Shown: in pieces, positions 12,301 to 23,600 of the stretch | Layout of the letters: each line of letters starts with the position of its first letter | Numbering within the stretch: the stretch's first letter is position 1 | From: Macrostomum hystrix | Lineage: Eukaryota > Animalia > Platyhelminthes | DNA length: 64,000 bases | Direction of reading: 5' to 3' | Assembly: GCA_950097015.1 (NCBI GenBank) | Contig: CATNEN010000009.1 | Coordinates: 682,001-746,000 of the forward strand | The notes under the pieces: generated by a model | Told to the model about the DNA's origin: nothing | The model's input: the letters and a program-made list of their open reading frames with translations, nothing else | Database searches by the model: none | Made by a program: the position numbers and the translations under genes

Positions 12301-15300
12301 AGTTGTTATCCTCACGGCTGAGACTTGTGGACGGGCTTGCCGCTGGGCCACCGGGATCATCCCCTGCTGACGTTACTTGGTGACGGTATTTCCAGCATTT
12401 TCGTGCCCGTGACCTTCCCCTCACACCTGACAGTCCTGCGACGGTGGCCAGCCCAAAGGGGGTCAGACCGGCGTCAGGGGCTGTACGGAGGTCTGCTGGA
12501 AGTGGGGCTGTTGTTGTTGTTGTTAAAGGAATTAAAGGGGGAAGGGCGATTCTTGTAAGGCTCTGCTCTTTGTTTTACGAGATCTGTTAAAGTAAAAAGG
12601 AATTCTTGTATAGACCGATCAAATGTTTGTATTTGAACGATAAAATTAGAATGGTAGAAATGCCGTAAGCTTTTATTGTCAATTAGAAATACTTGCGAGG
12701 GGTGTCCCAAAAAAAGCGGGAATAATTGATTTACAGGCTGCTTATCGAGCTAATATATTTTACGTAACTACTTTCTCCAGAAAAACTTTCAGCTGTTTTA
12801 TTGCTTTCTTAATTACGTTCAAATATTCAGTCATTCAGACAACTGGAGAACCACACGGTTGAGTTTTCATTTTCCTTGTTTTTCCTGTACGATTTTTTGT
12901 GTTACGACAGTCAACAAGGTCAACGCCAGTTCGTGTACTCGTAATGGAAATGCGATATGGTGTGCCAGCTGACTGAAATTCATGGTGTGAAAGCAATATC
13001 GAAGACCGATTTGTATCGCTGGCTTGAAGACTTCAAAAATGGGCAAACAGATGTTGCTGATGACACCACCAACCGCGGCCGCCCGAGTTCCCCATCAATC
13101 AGGGCACTGATTCAAAGGGCAAAGGACATCGTTCAGGAAAATCCCCGGGTGACCACGAGAGATTTGGCAGACCGCCTGGGTAGCCCGAAGACCTCAGCAC
13201 ATCGAATCATGTCTGAAGATCTCGGCCTGGTGAAACTGATGGTGATATGGGTGCCCCTTTTGCTGACGAAATAAAGGCTGCAAGAATGAGGGCTTGCATG
13301 AGAATCTTGAGCTTGCTCGAGATGCAGGTGGATGTCACGGTGGTGGCGATGCTGAGTGACCAGGTTTGCTGTAAATACTTTTGGCTAGACTTGGTGTAGT
13401 TGTACCCTTGACCTCATGCTTCTCTTTTTGTTATACCTTTTCAGCAAATTGTTGCTTTTACATGATTCAAGAAGCAATATGAAGGTTTCTCAATAAGTTT
13501 CCGGAAACACAGTTCTAGGAATTATATTTAAAAGTTTTTTAGGAAATGATGGAGGAATGTGTTGAGACATAAAGCATAAAATTTCTGCTTGCTGTATTTC
13601 CATGTTCACTCGCAAGAGAGCCCATACTGACGAGAACCAGGACCCCCCTCCAAGCCTGCGTGACAAGAGAGCCAGGCTGCTGCTGCTTTTCCGCCTGGGA
13701 AATTCTCCATCCCAGTGCCTGCAAATGCTTCAAACGGCGCTTGGAAGTGAAGCCCCAAGCCAGAGCGTCGTGTATGAGTGGGACGCTCATTTTCGGACTG
13801 GTGCATTCGGTCTTGACGACGATCCGCGTGAAGGACGTCCGAATTTAGCCATAACGGCTACAACTGTGGCTGCCTCTGCTTGACGATGACAGATGTGTGA
13901 CCACTCGTGAGCTCGTGCAGAATGTGGGGGTGTCAGATGGCACCATGAATTCCATTCTGCACGATCGACTTGACGTACGCAAGCTGTGCGACAGATGGGT
14001 ACCCCATCAGCTAACTGCCGAGCACAGGGCAGCCCGAGTCAGTTTCTGCCAGTCTGCGCTGCGTCACTTTAACGCAGGAGCCTCACCGCTGGTGTCCAAC
14101 GTGCTGACAGGTGACGAAACCTGGATCTACCTTTACGATCCAAAAACTAAAGCTCAGAGCCGGCAATGGGTTACTGATGGTGAAGAAGTGCCGGTAAAAT
14201 TCGCACGAGAACGCAGTGTCGGGAAAGTGATGGTCGCCATTTTCTGGTATGATATGTTAAAATTAGTTTTTACGGAAAATTATTAAGCAGCCCTCGTAAA
14301 CCCATCGAAAATTGATCTTTCTGAGGAAAGTAGTAACATCAGAATTTAACTCGATCATCTAGCTAAGTAATATACCAGGCCTATTATGGGGCTTTAAGCA
14401 AATAAGCTGAGTGATAACTATTTTAATAAAAGGGTTCATATTGTTTACCCTAGTATATAACTAACACAGATCGTTAATTCAATATGTTCTTAGAATCTTT
14501 AGCACTTTAAAATCAAAGCGGTTAAAGCGCTAGCGAATATTCTTACTCCAGGCAAACACCACAGTAAAGAACGCTCAGCTGCAAGGGCGTTGCATGCGCT
14601 GAACAATGATGTCGCACACTTTTGCATTGTCGATTCAATGCGAAGCAAGACGCTGATGCGAATAGCAGAAGGCTTTACGGCTCTGTTGATATTCGATTGA
14701 ACAGGCCAGAACCCTTGTGAAATTAGTGCAGATTGTAAATCTGTACAAATATCGCAGATTTCAACCTGAGCGTCTTCTTGGAGTCCTGTGCGTAGAAATA
14801 TTAAAATATTAATAGAAGAGATTTTGTATAACATATCTAAGCAAGCTGAAGCGGTGAAAAACATTTTAGCGATAAAAAAACTGCTTAAAATATTTTTTAC
14901 GTATTTTCCTATAATTTTACATTTTCATTCACAGTTCACAAGGCCATATTTGGCCTTGTGAACGAAATAAAACTATATCTTACATCATTCCGATAAAATA
15001 GATACTCAGGAAAGACTGTAGAGGGGAATCTCTCTAGAACTCCAACATAGTTTATTTGTGATTTTGCAGACTATGAATAATTGATAAAAATTAATTACCG
15101 TTGTCAACAACAAGTGATACTTGACGAACAGAAAAGCCTGCATCGCAGGAGCAGCGCCTACGGAGCACAGCTTTTGTTGGCAAACGAACATACACCGAGC
15201 CCTGAAGGTGATGTGGGTATGTGTAATTTAGGACTTGTAAAGATTTAGTAATAGTCCGAACAAATAGTACAAAATGCAAATTAAAATAGGAAATGAATTT

Positions 15301-16070
15301 AGAGGATTGGATCATTGTAAGGATATATTAACTATATTATTTGCTTATGATTCTATTCATGTGCTAAATATTAATTAAATGTTTATTGCTTGTATAAGTA
15401 ATACCATTCCATTAAAATCGATCCTTCTTCATAAAACAAGAATTTCATAATGGTTGTGATATTTGATAAAGGAGAATGTATGTACTATTTATTCGAAACT
15501 ATTGTCATAACCAAGTTTTAAGTACAGTACAGTTATAATAAAACTTACATTCCAATGCTCAATACTGTGAGGTGGGTTGTGCTGGTGCTGCTGCTTCAAA
15601 CATGACTCACAGACTTGTAGCAGGTGGCAGGCAGAGCAGCGAAAATTAGCAGTGCTACTATTGCATAGCATGCAGCTGCCAGACTCCACGGACATTGAAC
15701 GTGAAAATGCTCGCAAAATAGCATCTTTGGATTGATCCCACTCTTGATTTGATTGTTGAATGCGGCTTTCATAGTCATGACAGTCAACGTTATATGATTG
15801 CATATAGGTAGAATCAGACGTTTTTTCTGCAGCAGCAGCAACATAATACTCTTCTGCTAATGGGTGCGACCTTTGGCAACAAAAAGCAAATAGTTGTTAG
15901 GACTTTAAACATGGAAAATGTAGGCAATAAACAAAAAAGAAGCAGACTTACATTTCAAAATGCTGAGATTTTGCTGATGCACCAATGCAAATTCGCTGAC
16001 TTCGATTACCTGGGCTCCATGTTTGAACAAAGTGTCCTTTTAGACCCTTTGTTGGTTTCTTTGGAGCCAT
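9343..16070 (-). CDS. KDZ (Kyakuja-Dileera-Zisupton) transposase with N-terminal CxC cysteine clusters, 9 exons, about 815 aa
   Basis: Exons 16070-15952, 15870-15549, 15201-15099, 14785-14547, [12583-12581 + 12044-11868], 11588-11263, 10941-10568, 10445-10350 and 10031-9343 are all GT/AG, phase-consistent and sum to 2448 nt. Motifs: CxxC..FRCxxC..CxxC..HxxxPxHxIExWN (CxC2-like), GFWP, CPAC, LDGCF, CRH..GE, YDIAC, PAFHAYGHxxxC, GLTDGEACERLWS. Exon 5 is split by the 12048-12580 insertion. Confidence 0.9.
12048..12580. mobile_element. 533-bp GC-rich insertion inside KDZ exon 5, flanked by a 3-bp ATC duplication
   Basis: Minus strand reads tttttactttaacag|ATC [533 bp] ATC aac gtt ggc gac. Removing the insert and one ATC gives LPG|INVGDARAHIIRYLKYF in the required phase 0. 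No TIRs; internal (TTG)5 tracts at about 12149 and 12510. Confidence 0.7.
12696..13325 (+). mobile_element. Mariner fragment (left TIR plus N-terminal HTH), 3' truncated
   Basis: TIR-like cgaggggtgtcccaaaaaaagcggga at 12696. ORF 12957-13274 reads YRWLEDFKNGQTDVADD..RGRP..ENPRVTTRDLADRLG..IWVPLLLT. No matching right TIR found. Confidence 0.8.
13480..14296 (+). mobile_element. Internally deleted mariner (817 bp) with both TIRs
   Basis: Left tgaaggtttctcaataagtttccggaaa and right (reverse complement) cgagggctgcttaataattttccgtaaa, with TA on both sides (13478-79, 14297-98). Transposase 13602 to about 14247 (REGRP, DRWVPHQLT, TGDETW, KVMVAIFW) has one frameshift near 13870 and lacks the C-terminal catalytic half. 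Confidence 0.9.
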
Positions 16071-17324
16071 TACTGAAAAAAATTATATGCAATAAATTTA
16101 TAAACATTTCATTTACCATGGTATTTAAGTACTTGTCAATAGAAAAAAATTCAGCACTTCAAAAAATGCTAGGGGCCTATACCAATAATGTCAAAAAATG
16201 ATGTACCAAGAGATTTGATTTTCCCACACATAAAACAACACTTAGGCCTAACAATACTTAATATTTCTTCCCTTTATAACCATATCTCAAATGACTCACA
16301 ACTGAATTAGTAGATCAGCCCTTTCATATTTGTACTGAATAGACACTTTTAAGCTACTAGGCACAACGTTACAACTTACCTGGGGTTTTTTGTATTAAAG
16401 AATTTCTTATGATTTACTATCATTGCTTTACTCCACTTTCAGTATTACATTCAGCTACTGATTCATTCAGCTAAATATAGCTGAATGTAATAGTTATGAG
16501 TGAGGAATTCACATTTTGCATTTTTGCATATTTGCATTAAATTTTTTTATCTTAAGGCTATCTTCTTTATATAATGTTCATACCATTGAGATTGAATCAT
16601 ATTTATCTGATATGTAAGCACTAAGCAATACAATAGGAGAAAAACTAAAAAAAGCAAGTCTGAAAACTAGGTCTAGGCAAGCTGTCTTGAGCAGAGCAGC
16701 ATGTTAGCAACATTTTACCACCCAGTAAAAACCGCTAACTTTAGGTTAGGCCCACCACATTGTAATGTCAACATAGCTAGGACTAGCATTGTAGATGAAC
16801 AGTAAGAAGAAGTCATAAATTTGTAGCCATTGAATTATCCAATAGGCCCTAGCTAAAAAAATTGGCCTGCTAATGCAATGAGTTACCATTTAAAAATCTA
16901 AATAACAATTGGGCCTACCTACATGGAGTAAACTACAAATACAATGGTGGACTGAAATATTTTAAATATATGAAGGCAAGTCTAGGCATACAAGTAGATG
17001 GTAGGCGAGACATGAAATGCAGCATTCTGAATCAAAATAAATAAGCAATTAGCTATAAGTACTAGCCTACCAATAATTTCAATTTTCAATAGAGTAGTCA
17101 ATTTTATCAATGGATTTTGACAACTGCTCGTCATTATTTTTTTATTCTTAAATTCAATTTTACGTTTGTCAAAAATTCGTTTTTATTTCCTTAACTTCGA
17201 CTTCGATAGGCCTAGCTTAGTTTCAGTTGTAAGGAAAAGAAGGACATGTTTAGATGCCTGCAAACATTATTAAATACAACTTTGTTTTATCCAACGAATT
17301 TTATATGCATTGCATGACACTCGA

Positions 17325-17400
17325 GGAAACTACATGCAACGCTACATTTATACATGTAGTTTCCCCGATTAACACCATTGGGAGTGTGTGTAGTTTCCCC
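17325..17400. repeat. Cluster of GGAAACTACA motifs (one inverted pair plus a third copy); candidate transposon subterminal region
   Basis: ggaaactacatg 17325-17336, catgtagtttcc 17353-17364, tgtagtttcccc 17389-17400. Confidence 0.6.
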
Positions 17401-17926
17401 CTTTACGGAGCGTAACACGGGTGACTATTTACAGTACCAACACATTAAAAAAAATATCGGTAACAAAAAAGTATTTTCAAACCTTTTAAATATGCGTTTC
17501 ATCCATTTACACATAGCTTTTTCATAAAATACATCAATTAAACAAACAACTTTGTTATAGATATTTAATATGCCGCTAGCTATTTCATTTGTAACTAAAC
17601 ATTGCAGGCTGTGGTCGTTAATGCAAATGTTAAGATGTGTCAATAAAAACTAGTCATCAGTGATGTTTTATATGTTTTTATTTTGATCTCCTTAATAAGA
17701 ATTTTCTGCTTGCGGATAAGGATTTAACGAAGAATGCAATTGTCAAAGTAAAGGTTTCATGGAAACATTTTACGTGTTAAATTGTGCAGTACTGAATTAC
17801 AGATTAACATTCACATAAAAATATCTTAAAACAAATCCCCAATTTTTAAATAAGTACTGCTTTCAAGCCAGTGTTAAAACTAATTGCTCCTGTCGCTTTT
17901 ATTATCGCTTTGCATATTTAGCAACA

Positions 17927-20102
17927 ATGATTTCAGACTTAATCATTGCAGTGTAAGTTAATCTTCATTAATACGAGTATTAAACTAAACATTTTACTTT
18001 TTTACCTAATCAATTTTTGTAAGTAAGTTCATTTTTGCTACGCATTACTTGTTTTAAAAAACCTTTCTTGCCTAATCTAAATTCTTTGGCTTACTGTAGC
18101 AATATTAACAATGTTGGAACTAATAATCACACTCACACTCACAGTCCATCATGTAGCTGGTGTTGTCTGCCAAAGTTGGCATAGGCCTACATAGTTGGTG
18201 TGCACTTGCTTCACACTGAATTCTTGACTGAGCTTGGCTGAATGTACACTGAACTTAGTGCTCCATGTGGGCATAATGCAATGCACCACATATCTAGTAA
18301 GAAGTAGGCCTAGGGTTGTTGACAAAAGAAATTTGGCTTTGTTTTATAGCCTATGTAGGTATCTTTTTTTATTGGCATAAAGGCTCAGAAGCCTATTTAG
18401 ACTTATGTAAGACACAAAATATTTTGTGTTCAGTCTACGGATCTAGGACTTATGTATTGTAGCCTAATAATTGTCTACTTAGCTATTTAGGTAGACTAAG
18501 CAACTTTCTCGACTAAGTCAGATAGTTAGCTTATACAATAGAATTTTAAATTATTTTAAGTTCTCTTATTGTCTAGGTAATGTAGAAAATAGATAGCTAA
18601 GCCACAATCTTTTGGTTCTCTTGATGAAAGAAAAATATACCTAGCTTAGCTTTTTTATTTTAATTTTTTTAGCTACTTACCTAGCTAGTACTAGCTTTAA
18701 CCAGCTTCCTTTTTGAGGAAAATTTACCTAAAAATAATTTTAATGTTTTCAAGCAGATTTTATGTTCTTAACTTTTTATCACATGGCTCAATGGCACAAA
18801 TACAAAATATCTTTTAGCAATTGTGTGCCACTAGGTTTCACAATAAGCCACAATTCATAACAAAAAAAGCTTGGTTCATATGAAATTAGCTAGCATAGCT
18901 TTACTTTGTTGATTATGGCACAAAAATATACGTATGTCACAAAAATGCACAGTCTGCATCGACAAGCTAACTGAATGGAGTTTTGCATTGAATGCTCACT
19001 TATACTCTATATTGTAGAACACTATTCATCAATGCCTGTGCTATCCTTAACTTCAAACTGTGAGTATTAGCAATTGGCTGGTGCTTTTGCTTGGAAATTA
19101 GAAGGCCTGTCCTGCCCTTTAGTGCTATGTGGAAGGCATTCAGTCTATAGGTTTTTTAAGTCTGTGGGCTGTCACAGTCTGTAGGCTGTCACAGTCTGTG
19201 GGCTGTCATAGTCTGTGGGCTGTCACAGTCTGTGGGCTGTGATAGTCTCCATGGTGTCGCAGTCTGTAGGCTGTGGTAGTCTCCATGCTGTCGCAGTCTG
19301 TAGGCTGTGATATTCTGTAGGCTGTGGTAGTCTGTAGGCTGTGGTAGTCTGTAGGCTGTGGTAGTCTCCATGCTGTCGCAGTCTGTAGGCTGTGATAGTC
19401 TGAAGGCTGTGGTAGTCTGTAGGCTGTGGTAGTCTGTAGGCTGTGATAGTCTGTAGGCTGTGGTAGTCTGTAGGCTGTGGTAGTCTGTAGGCTGTGGTAG
19501 TCTGTAGGCTGTGGTAGTCTGTAGGCTGTGGTAGTCTGTAGGCTGTGGTAGTCTGTAGGCTGTGGTAGTCTGTAGGCTGTGATAGTCTGTAGGCTGTGGT
19601 AGTCTTTAGGCTGTGGTAGTCTGTAGGCTGTGGTAGTCTGTAGGCTGTGGTAGTCTGTAGGCTGTGGTAGTCTGTAGGCTGTGGTAGTCTGTAGGCTGTG
19701 GTAGTCTGTAGGCTGTGATAGTCTGTAGGCTGTGGTAGTCTTTAGGCTGTGGTAGTCTGTAGGCTGTGGTAGTCTGTAGGCTGTGGTAGTCTGTAGGCTG
19801 TGGTAGTCTGTAGGCTGTGATAGTCTGTAGGCTGTGGTAGTCTTTAGGCTGTGGTAGTCTGTAGGCTGTGGTAGTCTGTAGGCTGTGGTAGTCTGTAGGC
19901 TGTGATAGTCTCTAACGCACACCAAATCGCCAACTCCAGTCGTGATGACAAGCAGCACCAATTTGAATTTGACGACGCGGGCCGCGCTTCATTTGGCGAC
20001 AAGACGCGCGAGTTTCTACGCAGCCTTCGCTACTTCCGGGTCTTTATCGGCCTGTGGAACATCTTCGTCATACTACTCATGCTCACGATGTTCAGTAGTT
20101 AG
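17927..20102 (+). CDS. SMIM7: Small integral membrane protein 7 orthologue, 3 exons, 76 aa
   Basis: Exons 17927-17952, 19018-19059 and 19940-20102 (231 nt, phase 2,2) give MISDLIIAVTLFINACAILNFKLRDDKQHQFEFDDAGRASFGDKTREFLRSLRYFRVFIGLWNIFVILLMLTMFSS. This closely matches the SMIM7 pattern (..[34 protein letters not shown]..), recalled from memory. Confidence 0.9.
19159..19911. repeat. 17-bp minisatellite in SMIM7 intron 2
   Basis: Unit agtctgtaggctgtggt, about 44 copies, ending about 28 nt before the acceptor at 19939. Confidence 0.97.
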
Positions 20103-20632
20103 TGGCTCTGCCTGATCAGTTCATGCTGCCCAGCGATGCATAACCAATAGACCACAATTTTTAATCTCTGGTTTTATTTTCCCAGATGTTTAAATTATGT
20201 TTATCATAGGCGGTTGATGGTTTCTGATTCACCTGTTCTGATAGATATGTAAATTCATTATTCGCCCAGCTATGTTACTGTTGCTAACCATTGAGCGGGT
20301 CGGCTTATTTAATTTCCACTTTGCAAACACTTTCTCTGAACCTGAAATAGGTGCTTGAAATGCTTTAAAATGCTGGAAACTCAGATGATTGGTTTCGGTT
20401 TTCCGTCAGGCCCGTTGACACCGAAAGCCTAGTTTTCACATTAATTTGCATCTCACAGCTGCCCCGACTGTCACCGCGTAGCTGTTGTGATTTTTCTACT
20501 TATGTTGCTGTAAATACTGAAAATAAATCAGTACGGATATTGTTACAGCCTCCGCTGCTTTGCTCTCTAACAAGCTTCGAAACGAGACTGTTGTGGTGCT
20601 TTTTTGGTGTGACTTTTCTCACTTTTAATTGT

Positions 20633-23600
20633 CCTTCAGTGAGTGGCTTCTCCACTGCCCTTCAGTGTGTGGCTTCTCCACTGCCCTTCAGTGAGTGGTA
20701 TTGGCTTCTCCACTGCCCTTCAGTGTGTGGTATTGGCTTCTCCACTGCCCTTCAGTGTGTGGTATTGGCTTCTCCACTGTCCTTCAGTGAGTGGCTTCTC
20801 CACTGCCCTTCAGTGTGTGGCTTCTCCACTGCCCTTCAGTGAGTGGTATTGGCTTCTCCACTGCCCTTCAGTGAGTGGTATTGGCTTCTCCACTGCCCTT
20901 CAGTGAGTGGCTTCTCCACTGTCCTTCAGTGAGTGGCTTCTCCACTGCCCTTCAGTGTGTGGCTTCTCCACTGCCCTTCAGTGAGTGGTATTGGCTTCTC
21001 CACTGCCCTTCAGTGAGTGGCTTCTCCACTGCCCTTCAGTGTGTGGTATTGGCTTCTCCACTGCCCTTCAGTGAGTGGTATTGGCTTCTCCACTGCCCTT
21101 CAGTGTGTGGCTTCTCCACTGCCCTTCAGTGTGTGGTATTGGCTTCTCCACTGCCCTTCAGTGAGTGGTATTGGCTTCTCCACTGCCCTTCAGTGAGTGG
21201 TATTGGCTTCTCCACTGCCCTTCAGTGAGTGGTATTGGCTTCTCCACTGCCCTTCAGTGAGTGGCTTCTCCACTGCCCTTCAGTGTGTGGTATTGGCTTC
21301 TCCACTGCCCTTCAGTGAGTGGCTTCTCCACTGCCCTTCAGTGTGTGGTATTGGCTTCTCCACTGCCCTTCAGTGAGTGGCTTCTCCACTGCCCTTCAGT
21401 GTGTGGCTTCTCCACTGCCCTTCAGTGTGTGGTATTGGCTTCTCCACTGCCCTTCAGTGAGTGGCTTCTCCACTGCCCTTCAGTGTGTGGTATTGGCTTC
21501 TCCACTGTCCTTCAGTGAGTGGCTTCTCCACTGCCCTTCAGTGTGTGGCTTCTCCACTGCCCTTCAGTGAGTGGTATTGGCTTCTCCACTGCCCTTCAGT
21601 GAGTGGCTTCTCCACTGCCCTTCAGTGTGTGGCTTCTCCACTGCCCTTCAGTGTGTGGCTTCTCCACTGCCCTTCAGTGTGTGGCTTCTCCACTGCCCTT
21701 CAGTGTGTGGCTTCTCCACTGCCCTTCAGTGAGTGGCTTCTCCGCTGCCCTTCAGTGTGTGGTATTGGCTTCTCCACTGCCCTTCAGTGAGTGGCTTCTC
21801 CACTGCCCTTCAGTGAGTGGCTTCTCCACTGCCCTTCAGTGTGTGGTATTGGCTTCTCCACTGCCCTTCAGTGAGTGGCTTCTCCGCTGCCCTTCAGTGT
21901 GTGGCTTCTCCACTGCCCTTCAGTGTGTGGCTTCTCCACTGCCCTTCAGTGAGTGGCTTCTCCGCTGCCCTTCAGTGTGTGGTATTGGCTTCTCCACTGC
22001 CCTTCAGTGAGTGGCTTCTCCACTGCCCTTCAGTGAGTGGCTTCTCCACTGCCCTTCAGTGTGTGGTATTGGCTTCTCCACTGCCCTTCAGTGAGTGGCT
22101 TCTCCACTGCCCTTCAGTGAGTGGCTTCTCCACTGCCCTTCAGTGAGTGGCTTCTCCACTGCCCTTCAGTGAGTGGCTTCTCCACTGCCCTTCAGTGAGT
22201 GGCTTCTCCACTGCCCTTCAGTGTGTGGCTTCTCCACTGCCCTTCAGTGAGTGGTATTGGCTTCTCCACTGCCCTTCAGTGAGTGGCTTCTCCACTGCCC
22301 TTCAGTGTGTGGTATTGGCTTCTCCACTGCCCTTCAGTGAGTGGTATTGGCTTCTCCACTGCCCTTCAGTGAGTGGCTTCTCCACTGCCCTTCAGTGTGT
22401 GGTATTGGCTTCTCCACTGCCCTTCAGTGAGTGGTATTGGCTTCTCCACTGCCCTTCAGTGTGTGGTATTGGCTTCTCCACTGCCCTTCAGTGAGTGGCT
22501 TCTCCACTGCCCTTCAGTGTGTGGTATTGGCTTCTCCACTGTCCTTCAGTGAGTGGCTTCTCCACTGCCCTTCAGTGTGTGGCTTCTCCACTGCCCTTCA
22601 GTGAGTGGTATTGGCTTCTCCACTGCCCTTCAGTGAGTGGCTTCTCCACTGCCCTTCAGTGTGTGGCTTCTCCACTGCCCTTCAGTGTGTGGCTTCTCCA
22701 CTGCCCTTCAGTGTGTGGCTTCTCCACTGCCCTTCAGTGTGTGGCTTCTCCACTGCCCTTCAGTGAGTGGCTTCTCCGCTGCCCTTCAGTGTGTGGTATT
22801 GGCTTCTCCACTGCCCTTCAGTGAGTGGCTTCTCCACTGCCCTTCAGTGAGTGGCTTCTCCACTGCCCTTCAGTGTGTGGTATTGGCTTCTCCACTGCCC
22901 TTCAGTGAGTGGCTTCTCCACTGCCCTTCAGTGTGTGGCTTCTCCACTGCCCTTCAGTGTGTGGCTTCTCCACTGCCCTTCAGTGAGTGGCTTCTCCGCT
23001 GCCCTTCAGTGTGTGGTATTGGCTTCTCCACTGCCCTTCAGTGAGTGGCTTCTCCACTGCCCTTCAGTGAGTGGCTTCTCCACTGCCCTTCAGTGTGTGG
23101 TATTGGCTTCTCCACTGCCCTTCAGTGAGTGGCTTCTCCACTGCCCTTCAGTGAGTGGCTTCTCCACTGCCCTTCAGTGAGTGGCTTCTCCACTGCCCTT
23201 CAGTGAGTGGCTTCTCCACTGCCCTTCAGTGAGTGGCTTCTCCACTGCCCTTCAGTGAGTGGCTTCTCCACTGCCCTTCAGTGAGTGGCTTCTCCACTGC
23301 CCTTCAGTGAGTGGCTTCTCCACTGCCCTTCAGTGAGTGGCTTCTCCACTGCCCTTCAGTGAGTGGCTTCTCCACTGCCCTTCAGTGTGTGGCTTCTCCA
23401 CTGCCCTTCAGTGTGTGGTATTGGCTTCTCCACTGCCCTTCAGTGAGTGGTATTGGCTTCTCCACTGCCCTTCAGTGAGTGGTATTGGCTTCTCCACTGC
23501 CCTTCAGTGAGTGGTATTGGCTTCTCCACTGCCCTTCAGTGAGTGGTATTGGCTTCTCCACTGCCCTTCAGTGAGTGGTATTGGCTTCTCCACTGCCCTT

